A stretch of DNA of 64,000 nucleotides from Clostridiales bacterium (GCA_022775085.1 JALFJQ010000002.1:7681-71680); one strand, 5' to 3'; shown: positions 37,481 to 46,907, counted from the first letter of the stretch. Numbers and translations: made by a program. Notes: a model not told the origin generated them from the letters alone.

Positions 37481-38410
37481 TTACTCCAGATTGATTCGCG
37501 GATCCACCAGCTTATACAGAATATCGCTGACCAGGTTCATAATAACGATCAGCGTTGCCAGCACGATGGTGGTGCCCATAATCAGGGGATAGTCACGGCC
37601 GGTGATGGAGCTGACGAAGGCTCTGCCGATGCCGGGAACCGCGAAGACCTGCTCGATGACCAGAGAACCGGTGACAATGTAGGCCAGCATGGGGCCGACA
37701 TAGGTGATGACGGGAATCAGGGAGTTCTTCAGCGCGTGGCCGAAGAGGATCTTCATTGGGGGCACACCCTTGGCCCGGGCGGTGCGGATATAGTCCTGAC
37801 CCAGCACATCCAGCATGGAGCTGCGGGTCAGACGGGTGATATTCGCCATGGGGGACAGGGACAGGGCAATGATGGGGAGCACCAGTCCCTTGGCCGTCTC
37901 GCCGTTGGCAGGGAACCAGCCCAGCTTGACGGACAGGATCAGCACCATCAGGGAGCCGATGATGAACGACGGCATGGAGATGAAGGCGGTGGTCAGCACC
38001 ATGATGGCCTTATCGGCAAAGCCGTTTCGCCGCAGGGCAGCCACAGCGCCCAGCACCACGCCGAAGACCAGCGCGATGGCGGCGGCAATGACACCCAGCT
38101 TGGCGGAGGTGCGCAGACCGTCGGTGATGACGTCGATGACCATACGACCGCGAAGCTTGATGGAGGGGCCGAAGTCGAATTTGGTGACAATATCCTTAAG
38201 ATACGTGAAATACTGCACCATCAGGGGCTTGTCCATGCCATACTTGGCCTCCAAAGCCTTCTGGGCCGCTTCGGACACGGCCTTCTCTGACAGGAAGGGG
38301 CCGCCGGGGACGGCGCGCATGACGAAGAAGGTGACGGTGATAACAATCCAGATTGTCAGGATCGCCATGGCGATTCGTTTCAGAATGTACTTCAGGGTTT
38401 TGGAACTCAT
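37481..38410 (-). CDS. oppB: oligopeptide ABC transporter permease (OppB-type)
   Basis: The ILKRIAMAILTIWIVITVTFFVMRAVPGGPF N-terminus is typical of OppB/DppB. Confidence 0.9.
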   Translation of the reverse strand: MSSKTLKYILKRIAMAILTIWIVITVTFFVMRAVPGGPFLSEKAVSEAAQKALEAKYGMDKPLMVQYFTYLKDIVTKFDFGPSIKLRGRMVIDVITDGLRTSAKLGVIAAAIALVFGVVLGAVAALRRNGFADKAIMVLTTAFISMPSFIIGSLMVLILSVKLGWFPANGETAKGLVLPIIALSLSPMANITRLTRSSMLDVLGQDYIRTARAKGVPPMKILFGHALKNSLIPVITYVGPMLAYIVTGSLVIEQVFAVPGIGRAFVSSITGRDYPLIMGTTIVLATLIVIMNLVSDILYKLVDPRINLE

Positions 38411-38495
38411 CCGGAATCCTACCTTTCACGGGTTACTGAAGGGCGCTTCCGTCAGCCCCTCTCCCTTTTTTGCGCTAGTTCGCTAAATACTATGT

Positions 38496-38524
38496 ATTAT
38501 ACCGCATTATATACAAAATAGCAA
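38496..38524 (-). promoter_or_regulatory. candidate sigma-A promoter of the oppBCDFA operon
   Basis: On the minus strand there is TTGCTA (38524..38519), a 17-nt spacer and TATAAT (38501..38496). Confidence 0.5.
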
Positions 38525-38785
38525 CTGGAACTATAGCTAATTATGTAGAAATTTCGATTCTTTCTTTGTTAATATCGCCTTTTTTTGTGGTTTTTCTCAG
38601 GAAAAGCCTGCCTGGGCGTCCTGATTTTCCATTTTTCAGAAACAGGTGTGCTCTCCATAGGAACGTCCCGCTCAGCCAGCGCATATTTATCCTGTATATC
38701 TGTATATCATAAAAGTCAGCGGTAAACAAGCCCCGCCCCGGCACTTTTCAGCACCGAGGCGGTCGGTTTTCATACAGGCTCTTGA

Positions 38786-38954
38786 TTAAGGCAGCACTGC
38801 ACAATGGGGGCTGCGGGCTTCCGGGTATCTTTTGTCCCAATCGTGCAGTATGGAAAATGGGAAATACATCCAGTATTCCCACATTTTCCATACTTTCGCT
38901 TGGTTCAAAATCTCTCGCCGAATCTCCTTGCCCCATTATGCAGTGTTGCCTTAA
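38786..38954. mobile_element. MITE-like element, family E (169 bp) with 24-nt terminal inverted repeats
   Basis: ttaaggcagcactgcacaatgggg ... ccccattatgcagtgttgccttaa. An internal second hairpin reads tggaaaatgggaaata...tattcccacattttcca. Related copies lie at 46908..46980 and 51941..51992. Confidence 0.55.
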
Positions 38955-38999
38955 AATGTTTCATTCTTGCGAATTGAACATTTTATGCAAATATCAGTA

Positions 39000-40481
39000 T
39001 CAGCCTTTTTTCAGTCTGCCGTACAGGTCGGTCATGCGGCGGATCTTCTGCGCCAGCCGGTCGGAGTCGAAGCCCTCCTCCGCCCGCCAGGTCCAGTTGG
39101 CAGCGGACAGCGTGCCGGGGAAATTCATCCGGGCCTCGCCGCCCAGTTCCAGATAATCCTGCATCTGCGCAATAAACAGCCGGGAGACGCTGCTCATGCC
39201 TCCCCGGATCACACCCCAGGTGTAGCCCTCGGACCGGTTCAGCCCCAGATAGGCCTTGGCATAAGCCTTATCCTTGCGGCTTGCCTCGTCAAACCACTGT
39301 TTCAGGGTCACGTTGTCGTGGGTGCCGGTGTAACACACGGAATCCACCGGGTACAGGTGGGGCAGGTAATCGCTTTCCTCCCGGGAATCGAAGGCAAATT
39401 CCAGCACCTTCATGCCGGGGTAGCCGGAATCCAGCTGAAGTTTGCGCACCTCATCGGTGACGAAACCCAGATCCTCGGCAATAAAGTCCAGCTCCGGCAG
39501 AGCCTTCTGCACGGCCCGGATAAAGTCCATGCCCGGGCCTTTGACCCAGCGGCCGTTCCGGGCGGTTTTGTCCCCGGCGGGAACGGCCCAGTAGCTTTCA
39601 AAGCCACGGAAATGGTCGAAGCGAACCACGTCGTACATCCCGGCGGCGGCAGAAAGCCGCTTTATCCACCAGCTGTAGCCGGTATCCGCCATGGCCTGCC
39701 AGTCATAAATGGGGTTGCCCCAGAGCTGGCCGTCGGCTGTGAAGCCATCCGGCGGGCAGCCCGCAACCACCACCGGGTGCCGGGTTTCGTCCAGCTGGAA
39801 CAGCTTGTAATTGACCCACACATCGGCGGAATCCAGCGGCACGTAGATGGGCACGTCGCCGATGATCCGGATCCCCTTGCTGTTGGCGTAAAGACGCAGC
39901 GCCTTCCACTGGCGGAAGAACTGGTACTGCACAAAGCACTGATACCCGATCTCATCAGCACACACCGCCCGGGCCTGATTCAGCGCGTTTTCCTCCCGCA
40001 GACGCAGGGGTTCCGCCCACTGGAGCCAGGGCGCTCCGCCGTTCTGCTCCTTCAGCGCCATGAACAGCGCATAGTCCGGCAGCCATTGGGCGTTGTCTTT
40101 CAGGAATGCTTCGTAGGCCGCGTCCGGGGTAAACCGGCTGAAGGCCAGATGCAGAAGCTTTCCCCGCTCCTCATACAGCTTTCCAAAGCTGACCCGCTTG
40201 GGCTCTTCCCCCCAGCTGACAGACTTCGGCTCCCATTCTTCCAGCAGGCCCTCCTCCACCAGGGTATCCAGGTCGATCAGATAGGGGTTCCCGGCGCAGG
40301 CGGAAAAGGACTGGTAGGGGGAATCGCCGTAGCCCGTGGGGGTCAGCGGCAGGATCTGCCAGCAGGACTGCCCCGCCTTATCCAGAAAATCCACGAAGTG
40401 ATAGGCATTCTTTCCCATGGTGCCCACGCCGTAAGGGCCGGGCAGGGAGGTGATATGCATTAAGATGCCGCTTTCACGCAT
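39000..40481 (-). CDS. malQ: 4-alpha-glucanotransferase (amylomaltase)
   Basis: MRESGILMHITSLPGPYGVGTMG N-terminus; GH77 motifs VRFDHFRGF and IAEDLG. Confidence 0.95.
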   Translation of the reverse strand: MRESGILMHITSLPGPYGVGTMGKNAYHFVDFLDKAGQSCWQILPLTPTGYGDSPYQSFSACAGNPYLIDLDTLVEEGLLEEWEPKSVSWGEEPKRVSFGKLYEERGKLLHLAFSRFTPDAAYEAFLKDNAQWLPDYALFMALKEQNGGAPWLQWAEPLRLREENALNQARAVCADEIGYQCFVQYQFFRQWKALRLYANSKGIRIIGDVPIYVPLDSADVWVNYKLFQLDETRHPVVVAGCPPDGFTADGQLWGNPIYDWQAMADTGYSWWIKRLSAAAGMYDVVRFDHFRGFESYWAVPAGDKTARNGRWVKGPGMDFIRAVQKALPELDFIAEDLGFVTDEVRKLQLDSGYPGMKVLEFAFDSREESDYLPHLYPVDSVCYTGTHDNVTLKQWFDEASRKDKAYAKAYLGLNRSEGYTWGVIRGGMSSVSRLFIAQMQDYLELGGEARMNFPGTLSAANWTWRAEEGFDSDRLAQKIRRMTDLYGRLKKG

Positions 40482-40698
40482 AGGATTCTGTCTCCTTGCT
40501 CTCTAAAAATTGCGCTTTACCGCGCAGAATGTAAAAAGGCTGACAATGGATAGTTGAAAGTTGAAAATCATGCCATCTTCTCAGGGTAAACCGGTCCGCT
40601 TCAGATATGTGCCCAAAGATACCCTGAGCACATCGCCTGGGACTAGCCGATTTCATCAGAACGTCCCCGACTTTCCACTTTCAACTGTCCACTTTCCA

Positions 40699-41709
40699 TT
40701 ATTCTGTCAGTTCCCGGACGCTCTCCCTGCGATAGATCCGGAAAGGGATCGTTTCATGCTGTGCCTTCGCACCCTCGGCGATCCCCCGCAGCAGAATTTC
40801 CACGCTGCGCCGCGCCATGGCGCTGACGGACTGTCCCACGGTGGTCAGCTGAGGGATCAGATAGTCTCCAATGGGAAGTCCGTCCATTCCCATGACGGAT
40901 ACGTCCTCCGGGACCTGTTTGCCGGATTCCTGGAGGGCCCGGATGGCGCCGATGGCCATAACATCCGCACTGGCAAACAGGGCGGTAAATTCCCGGCCCG
41001 AGGAAAGCAATGCTTTCGTAGCCCGGTAGCCGTCCTGATAGGAATAGCGCACACCCTGATAATCCCGGTCTGGGTCGAAGGGGATCCCGTGGTCGGCAAA
41101 GGCATCCACACAGCCCTCAAACCGCAGGCGGCTGGTATCGGATATTTCCCGGTCGCCGCCGATGACTGCGATCTTCCGGTGTCCCAGGGCAATGAGCATC
41201 TCGATGGCGCAGCGGCCTGCCTCCCGGTCGTCGGTGGTAACGCTGGACAGGTTCTCAAAGGAAAGCTGGGACGCGTCGTTGGTCACCACCACGCAAGGAA
41301 TGTCAATGGCGGCAAAATCTCGCTGAAAATGCTCATTGATGCCCCCTAGAAACAAAATTCCCAGGGGTTTTTTCTCCCGGAACAGCTGCACCGCCCGGGC
41401 GACCTCGTTGGCATCCTCATCCATGTAGTCCACCACCAGCTGGTAACTGGTATAGGAGATGAGATGCTGGATGGACTCCACCATCTCGCCGAACAGCTCG
41501 TTGCCAATACCCTTGACCACCACCAGCACGGTGTTGGAGTGGGTCTGCTTGAGCTGCTTGGCGTTCATATTGATCTCAAAGCCAACCTCCTGCGCCGCCT
41601 GCAAAATGGCCGTCCGGGCTTTTTCGCTGACGTTGGGATGGTTATTGAGAGCACGGGAGACAGTGCCGACGGCATAGCCGGTCTTGGCGGCAAGGTCTTT
41701 GATCGTCAT
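40699..41709 (-). CDS. LacI-family transcriptional regulator
   Basis: MTIKDLAAKTGYAVGTVSRALNNHPNVSEKARTAIL forms the HTH, followed by a periplasmic-binding-like fold. The start at 41709 has an AAGGAGG RBS; the ORF track extends it to 41835. Confidence 0.9.
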   Translation of the reverse strand: MTIKDLAAKTGYAVGTVSRALNNHPNVSEKARTAILQAAQEVGFEINMNAKQLKQTHSNTVLVVVKGIGNELFGEMVESIQHLISYTSYQLVVDYMDEDANEVARAVQLFREKKPLGILFLGGINEHFQRDFAAIDIPCVVVTNDASQLSFENLSSVTTDDREAGRCAIEMLIALGHRKIAVIGGDREISDTSRLRFEGCVDAFADHGIPFDPDRDYQGVRYSYQDGYRATKALLSSGREFTALFASADVMAIGAIRALQESGKQVPEDVSVMGMDGLPIGDYLIPQLTTVGQSVSAMARRSVEILLRGIAEGAKAQHETIPFRIYRRESVRELTE

Positions 41710-41754
41710 ATCGGCAGACCTCCTTATTTGAGTGTGGAGTTCGGAGTGAACAGC

Positions 41755-41786
41755 GTATGGCGGGGGGGGGCAAGCCCCCGCCATAC
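41755..41786. repeat. REP-like element (family A) in the lacI-family gene leader
   Basis: gtatggcgggggggggcaagcccccgccatac. Confidence 0.55.
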
Positions 41787-41890
41787 GATGACATTGTCCG
41801 TCCAAATTCGACTCGATTATACTGCATACGTGCATCCATTGTCAACGGTAATTGGCTGACGATGCCGAGCGTGGTGCTCCGCGCAGCGAA

Positions 41891-42277
41891 ATTGACCGCC
41901 AATCTGCCGATACCGAGCGGTACCCAATGGTGTAACGGCTACAGACCAGCCGAGCACGCGTTGGCTCGCCGCCCTGCGGTTCACACGTTGATTTGCCATC
42001 TATCTACCGACACCGAGCGGTGCCCAATGGTATAACGACTACAGACCAGCCGAGCACGCGTTGGCTGGCCGCCCTGCGGTTCACACGTTGATTTGCCATC
42101 TATCTGCCGACACCGAGCGGTGCCCAATGGTGTAACGATCATCGACCAGCCGAGCACGCGTTGGCTCGCTGCCCTGCGGTTCACACGTTGATTTGCCATC
42201 TATCTACCGACACCGAGCGGTACCCAATGGTGTAACGGCTACAGACCAGCCGAGCACGCGTTGGCTGGCCGCCCTGC
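41891..42277 (+). repeat. tandem array, about 3.9 copies of a 100-bp unit (family C element)
   Basis: The ccaatgg landmark recurs at 41924, 42024, 42124 and 42224, an exact 100-nt period. Units are about 93 percent identical by eye. The array ends 5 nt from the permease stop codon. Confidence 0.9.
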
Positions 42278-42282
42278 CGCCC

Positions 42283-43140
42283 TTAGCCCTTGACAGCGCC
42301 GGCGGCAACACCCTTGATGATGTGCTTCTGGCAGAACATGTATACCAGAATGATGGGGATGATGCTCAGCATGATGACTGCCATGGTGGCGCCCAAGTCA
42401 ACAGAACCGTAGGAGCCTTTCAGATACTGAACATGGATGGGGATGGTCATGTACTTGGTACGGTCCAGCACCAGATAGGGCAGCAGGTAGTCGTTCCAGA
42501 CCCACATCAGTTCCAGAATACCCACGGAAATCAGGGTGGGCTTCAGCATGGGCAGCACCACCAGGAAGAAGGTGCGCAGGGGGCCGCAGCCGTCAATGGC
42601 TGCCGCTTCCTCAATTTCCATGGGCAGGCCCTTGACGAAGCCCAGGAACATGAAGATGGCAAGACCGGCGCCGAAGCCCAGATACACGATGGGAATGGTA
42701 AAGGGGGTGTTCAGCTTCAGGTTGTCGGCGGTGAAGGTCAGAGTGAACATGACCATCTGGAAAGGAACGATCATGCTGAACAGGCACAGATAGTAAAAGA
42801 CCTTGGACATCATGCTGTTGACCCGGGCAATGTACCATGCGGACATGGAGCAGAACAGCAGAATCAGGAACACGGATGCCACGGTGATGAACAGGCTGTA
42901 GCTGACAGACTTGAGGAAGGGATAGTTGCCGAAGGTCATGCCCTTGATGTAGTTGGCGAAGCCCACAAAGCTCTCGGAATTGGGCAGGGCGAAGGGATTC
43001 AGGTTGACGAAGGCGTTCTCCTTGAAGGAGTTGATAACGACTTCAAAAATGGGGATCAGCCAGGCGATGCTCAGCAGGGCAAAGAACAGGGTCAGGATCT
43101 TGCTCAGCGGAGTATACTGTTCCGTCTTCTTGTTTTTCAT
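42283..43140 (-). CDS. carbohydrate ABC transporter permease (MalG-type)
   Basis: 285-aa permease with an EAAAIDGCGPLRTFFLVVLPMLKP (EAA loop) motif. Confidence 0.9.
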   Translation of the reverse strand: MKNKKTEQYTPLSKILTLFFALLSIAWLIPIFEVVINSFKENAFVNLNPFALPNSESFVGFANYIKGMTFGNYPFLKSVSYSLFITVASVFLILLFCSMSAWYIARVNSMMSKVFYYLCLFSMIVPFQMVMFTLTFTADNLKLNTPFTIPIVYLGFGAGLAIFMFLGFVKGLPMEIEEAAAIDGCGPLRTFFLVVLPMLKPTLISVGILELMWVWNDYLLPYLVLDRTKYMTIPIHVQYLKGSYGSVDLGATMAVIMLSIIPIILVYMFCQKHIIKGVAAGAVKG

Positions 43141-44033
43141 TACTGAACCTCCTTGCTGCGGGTGGCGGCCTGCTGGGCAATGGCCAGCACAGCAACCAGG
43201 ATAAAGAACACCACAGCCTTGGCCTGGGCCACACCGTGCCAGTTCTTATTTATATTGTATGTGGAGTAGATATTCAGAGCCAGCAGCTCGGTGATGTTGA
43301 CTTTGGCGCCGTTCTGCATGACAGAGGGAAGGCCGCCGGTCAGGGCCATGTTCTGGTCGAACATCTTGAAGGAGTTGGTGAGCGTCAGGAAGGTGCAGGT
43401 GGTGATGGCGGGCATTACGTTGGGGATAACCACCTGGAACAGGGTCTGGGTGCCGTTGGCGCCGTCGATCTTGGCGGCCTCCATCATATCCTCGGAAATG
43501 GATTGCAGTCCGGCGATGTAAATAATCATCATATAGCCGATCTGCTGCCAGGCCACCAGAATCACCAGACCCCAGAAGCCATAGGTGCCGTTGGCGGTCA
43601 GGTAGGTGCCGTAGCGCTTCAGAATACCGTCGAAGATCATGCTCCAGATGTAGCCCAGCACCACGCCGCCGATCAGGTTTGGCATGAAGAACACGGTGCG
43701 GAACAGGTTGGCGCCACGCATCTTCTGGGTCAGGGCGTAGGCGATCATGAAGGCGATGACGTTGATGAGAATGATGGACACGATGGCGAAGGCGGCGGTG
43801 TTCTTAAACGCGTTCAGGAAGCCCGCGTCGGAGAATACCTTCAGGTAGTTGCTGATACCCACCCATTTGGCGTCCTTGGGGGTATTGAACTTGCAGAAGG
43901 ACAGGTAAATACCCTGAATGAAGGGCCAGACGAAACCGATGAGGAACGCCGCGAAGGTGGGAAGGATGAAAATGGGTGCAAACTTTTTGATGGGCCGCTG
44001 CACCAGATTCACGCTCTGTTTGGATTTGGCCAA
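43140..44033 (-). CDS. carbohydrate ABC transporter permease (MalF-type)
   Basis: 297-aa permease with an EAAKIDGANGTQTLFQVVIPNVMP motif. Confidence 0.9.
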   Translation of the reverse strand: MAKSKQSVNLVQRPIKKFAPIFILPTFAAFLIGFVWPFIQGIYLSFCKFNTPKDAKWVGISNYLKVFSDAGFLNAFKNTAAFAIVSIILINVIAFMIAYALTQKMRGANLFRTVFFMPNLIGGVVLGYIWSMIFDGILKRYGTYLTANGTYGFWGLVILVAWQQIGYMMIIYIAGLQSISEDMMEAAKIDGANGTQTLFQVVIPNVMPAITTCTFLTLTNSFKMFDQNMALTGGLPSVMQNGAKVNITELLALNIYSTYNINKNWHGVAQAKAVVFFILVAVLAIAQQAATRSKEVQ

Positions 44034-44137
44034 GTAAATCTTCCTTTCTATCCTGTTTTTGCCCGGATACTGCCGGACGCAGCCTGTATTTTTTCAGCAC
44101 AGTGTTGTCTGCGCTGTATCCGATGACGATGACCCAC

Positions 44138-44375
44138 TATAGGGCGGGGGTCTGGCCCCGCCTTTCGTACCGCGTTCTGCTTCACAGACGGCGGGGGGCA
44201 AGCCCCCGCCCTACAGTGAGTTGGATATTCGAGTCCAGATGTTGCTTCGCTCCTCGCAATGACATACAAAGAACGATACCGAGCCGCGCCCAATGGCGGA
44301 ACGATCACGTACCAGCCGGGCACGCATCGGCTGGCCGTCCTACGGCCAAAAAGGGACGGGCAGTACGCCCGCCCC
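44138..44375. repeat. mosaic repeat cluster (2-3 family A palindromes, a family B arm fragment, one family C element)
   Basis: Components are tatagggcgggggtctggccccgcctttcgta (44138..44169), cagacggcggggggcaagcccccgccctacag (44185..44216), gcttcgctcctcgcaatgac (about 44243..44262), family C at 44271..44347, and gggacgggcagtacgcccgcccc (44353..44375). Confidence 0.7.
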
Positions 44376-44392
44376 TTTCGGTGGTTCATAAA

Positions 44393-45757
44393 TTAGCCGT
44401 TGACGATGGCGTACTCGGCAGCCCAGCCGTCCACGAAGGCGGAGACGACGTCAGCCCAGGTAGCATCGGAAGGAGCGGCGGAGTAAGCGGCCAGAGCGGT
44501 CACAACGGTAGCTCTCCAGGAATCAACGTTGGGAGTGTGGTTGAAGGCCCAGGACACGTTGTAGCAGCCGTTCGCCAGCAGATCATTGCCGTTGGCCAGG
44601 AAGGTGTTGGAAGAAGTGGGAGCGGACTTGAAGGGCAGAGCACCCAGAGTGTCGACCATCTTCTGAGCGGCGACCTCATCGGTAACCAGCCAGTACAGGA
44701 AGTCCAGAGAAGCCTTCTGATCGGCCTCGGAGACCTGGCTGTTCACAGCCCAACAGTTCTCAGTGCCGGAGCACAGACCGGCCTTCTCTTCGCCTTCAAC
44801 ACCGCAGTAGATGGGGATCATGCAGATGTCGGTCATGCCAGCCTCGGTCAGGGAAGCGAACTCCCAAGTGCCGTTCTGATAGAAGGCGGCCTTGCCTTCG
44901 GTGAACTGAGCCTTGCTCTCGTCGCCGGTGCCGGACATCAGAGTCTTGGCGTCAGCAGCGGTGTCGGTGATGTACAGATCCCAGATGTTGCGGAAAGCAT
45001 CCATGTAGGTGCCCTTGATGGTAGCGGGCTGCTCGGTGATGCCGTCATCCCGGAACTCGTAGAACAGGGGCATGTTGGCCAGGTGGCCGGAGAAACGCCA
45101 GGAGGAGGAGCCGTCCAGGCCGGGAGCGGAGAAGGCATCGAAGCCCAGCTCAGCGCTGCGGGCGTGGATGTCGTCAGCGACAGCCTTCAGGGTCTCGAAG
45201 TTGGTGATCTCGTCGATGGAGTGGCCGGCCTGCTCCAGCAGAGCCTTGTTGACGATGATGCCGTAGGACTCGAAGCAGTGGCCGATGGCCTTCAGCTCGC
45301 CGGCGTCATTGTAGAGGTTGAACTCATCGGTGGTCAGCTCGCCGGCCACAGCGGTGCCGGTCAGATCCAGAGCGTAGTCGTCCCAGTCGTTCAGGCCGGA
45401 TTTGTTGCCGATGTTGTAGATGGTGGGAGCCTCGGACTTGGCCATCTCAGCGGTCAGGGTGTCGGAGTAGGTGCCGGAAGCGGCGGTGACGACCTTGACG
45501 GGGATGCCGGTAGTCTCGGTGTAGAGCTTGGCCAGCTCCTGCATGGTGCCGTCAGCCTCGGGCTTGAAGTTCAGGTAGTAGACACGGCCCTCAGCAGCGG
45601 GGGCAGCTGCCTCGGTGGCAGCGGGTGCTGCGTCGGCAGCGGGTGCTGCGTCGGCAGCGGCGGGCGCCTGAGTAGCGGCAGGGGCGGAAGAACCGCCGCA
45701 GGCAGCCAGGCCCAGAACCATAACCAGAGCCAGCAGCATAGCAATCAGCTTTTTCAT
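44393..45757 (-). CDS. carbohydrate ABC transporter substrate-binding lipoprotein
   Basis: Lipobox MKKLIAMLLALVMVLGLAAC followed by an Ala/Pro-rich linker and an SBP_bac_1-type sequence. The start at 45757 has an AGGAGG RBS. Confidence 0.9.
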   Translation of the reverse strand: MKKLIAMLLALVMVLGLAACGGSSAPAATQAPAAADAAPAADAAPAATEAAAPAAEGRVYYLNFKPEADGTMQELAKLYTETTGIPVKVVTAASGTYSDTLTAEMAKSEAPTIYNIGNKSGLNDWDDYALDLTGTAVAGELTTDEFNLYNDAGELKAIGHCFESYGIIVNKALLEQAGHSIDEITNFETLKAVADDIHARSAELGFDAFSAPGLDGSSSWRFSGHLANMPLFYEFRDDGITEQPATIKGTYMDAFRNIWDLYITDTAADAKTLMSGTGDESKAQFTEGKAAFYQNGTWEFASLTEAGMTDICMIPIYCGVEGEEKAGLCSGTENCWAVNSQVSEADQKASLDFLYWLVTDEVAAQKMVDTLGALPFKSAPTSSNTFLANGNDLLANGCYNVSWAFNHTPNVDSWRATVVTALAAYSAAPSDATWADVVSAFVDGWAAEYAIVNG

Positions 45758-45801
45758 TATGTTTCCTCCTATTGTTTTGCGGGTTAAACCCTCATGTGAT
45801 T

Positions 45802-45817
45802 TTGGAAACGATTCCAA
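45802..45817. promoter_or_regulatory. candidate LacI-family operator / cre-like palindrome
   Basis: TTGGAAACGATTCCAA has perfect 6-bp arms. The core TGGAAACGATTCCA fits the TGNAANCGNWNNCA pattern. It lies about 45 nt upstream of the binding-protein ATG. Confidence 0.45.
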
Positions 45818-46080
45818 CGCTTCCATGACTTGAGTTTAGCGCAAGTTTCGTAAGAAATCAACCCCTTTTTCCGTCAGAAACGAAAGTTCCGCAGTTTCCA
45901 CAATCTGTCATATGCCTTTTTGGGCAGTTTCACAGATGGCCCGCGCCAAAGTCCCTTTTGTCGGCATTCATGTGTCCATTTTTGAGGATGCCTTGACTTT
46001 CCGGTTCAAAGTGCTATGATGCCCATAAGAAAAAACCTTCCCCGAGGGGGAAGCCGCTCCGTATATGTGGGAGGTATCCT

Positions 46081-46905
46081 ATGGGCACACAGGAAAAAAT
46101 CTATCAAACACCCTCCGGCGCTATCCACTACTGGGTCACCCCGGGGCAGCCGGGCAAGCCCTGGCTGGTGTTTCTGCCGGGACTGAGCGCTGACCATCAT
46201 TTATTCGATCAGCAAATTCCCGCTTTTCCGGAATATAACCGTCTGGTCTGGGACGCTCCGGCTCATGCCGTCTCCCGGCCCTTCCCCCTGAACTTCTCCA
46301 TGGACGACATGGCCCGCTACCTTCACGGGATTCTGGAGGCGGAAGGGGCGGAAAACATGATCCTGCTGGGCCAGTCCCTGGGCGGGTATGTTGCCCAGTG
46401 CTATCTGGCCCTGTACCCCGGTACGGTTTCCGGCTTTGTTTCCATTGATTCCGCGCCCCTGAGCCGAAAGTATTTTTCCGGGTGGGAACTGGCCCTTCTC
46501 AAAAACACCCGCTGGATGTACGCGATCCTCCCGTGGAAATTTCTGCTGAACTGGGGCATCACCGGCACCTCTCAGACACCTTATGGACGGGAGCTGATGG
46601 CGAGGACCTGGGCTGTCTATACCCGTGATGAGTACCTTGACCTTGCCGATCATGGCTACCGAATCCTCGCCGAGGCCGTGGAGGCCCGTCCGGAATATAC
46701 AATTGACTGCCCCGCCATGCTTCTGTGCGGCGAAAAGGACGCCGCCGGCTCTGCAAAAAGCTACAACCGCCGCTGGACAAAAATTGACGGCCTGCCCCTT
46801 CACTGGATCAAAGGCGCGGGCCATAACTCCAATACCGACGCGCCCGACAAGGTTAACAGGCTGATCGGGGAATTCTTGAATTCTCTGATACTGGGGCATA
46901 TCTAA
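46081..46905 (+). CDS. alpha/beta hydrolase fold protein
   Basis: Nucleophile elbow GQSLGG, a C-terminal GAGHNS histidine motif, and 274 aa. Confidence 0.8.
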   Translation: MGTQEKIYQTPSGAIHYWVTPGQPGKPWLVFLPGLSADHHLFDQQIPAFPEYNRLVWDAPAHAVSRPFPLNFSMDDMARYLHGILEAEGAENMILLGQSLGGYVAQCYLALYPGTVSGFVSIDSAPLSRKYFSGWELALLKNTRWMYAILPWKFLLNWGITGTSQTPYGRELMARTWAVYTRDEYLDLADHGYRILAEAVEARPEYTIDCPAMLLCGEKDAAGSAKSYNRRWTKIDGLPLHWIKGAGHNSNTDAPDKVNRLIGEFLNSLILGHI

Positions 46906-46907
46906 AA

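Noticed and set aside
41817-42199. Two ORFs (60 and 72 aa) both beginning MANQRVNRRAASQRVLGWS
   Set aside because: They lie entirely inside the 100-bp tandem array. The duplication of the peptide simply reflects the DNA repeat, and there is no RBS.
41891-42277. Possible CRISPR array
   Set aside because: The units are contiguous 100-bp repeats with no interspersed unique spacers. There are no cas genes in the window.
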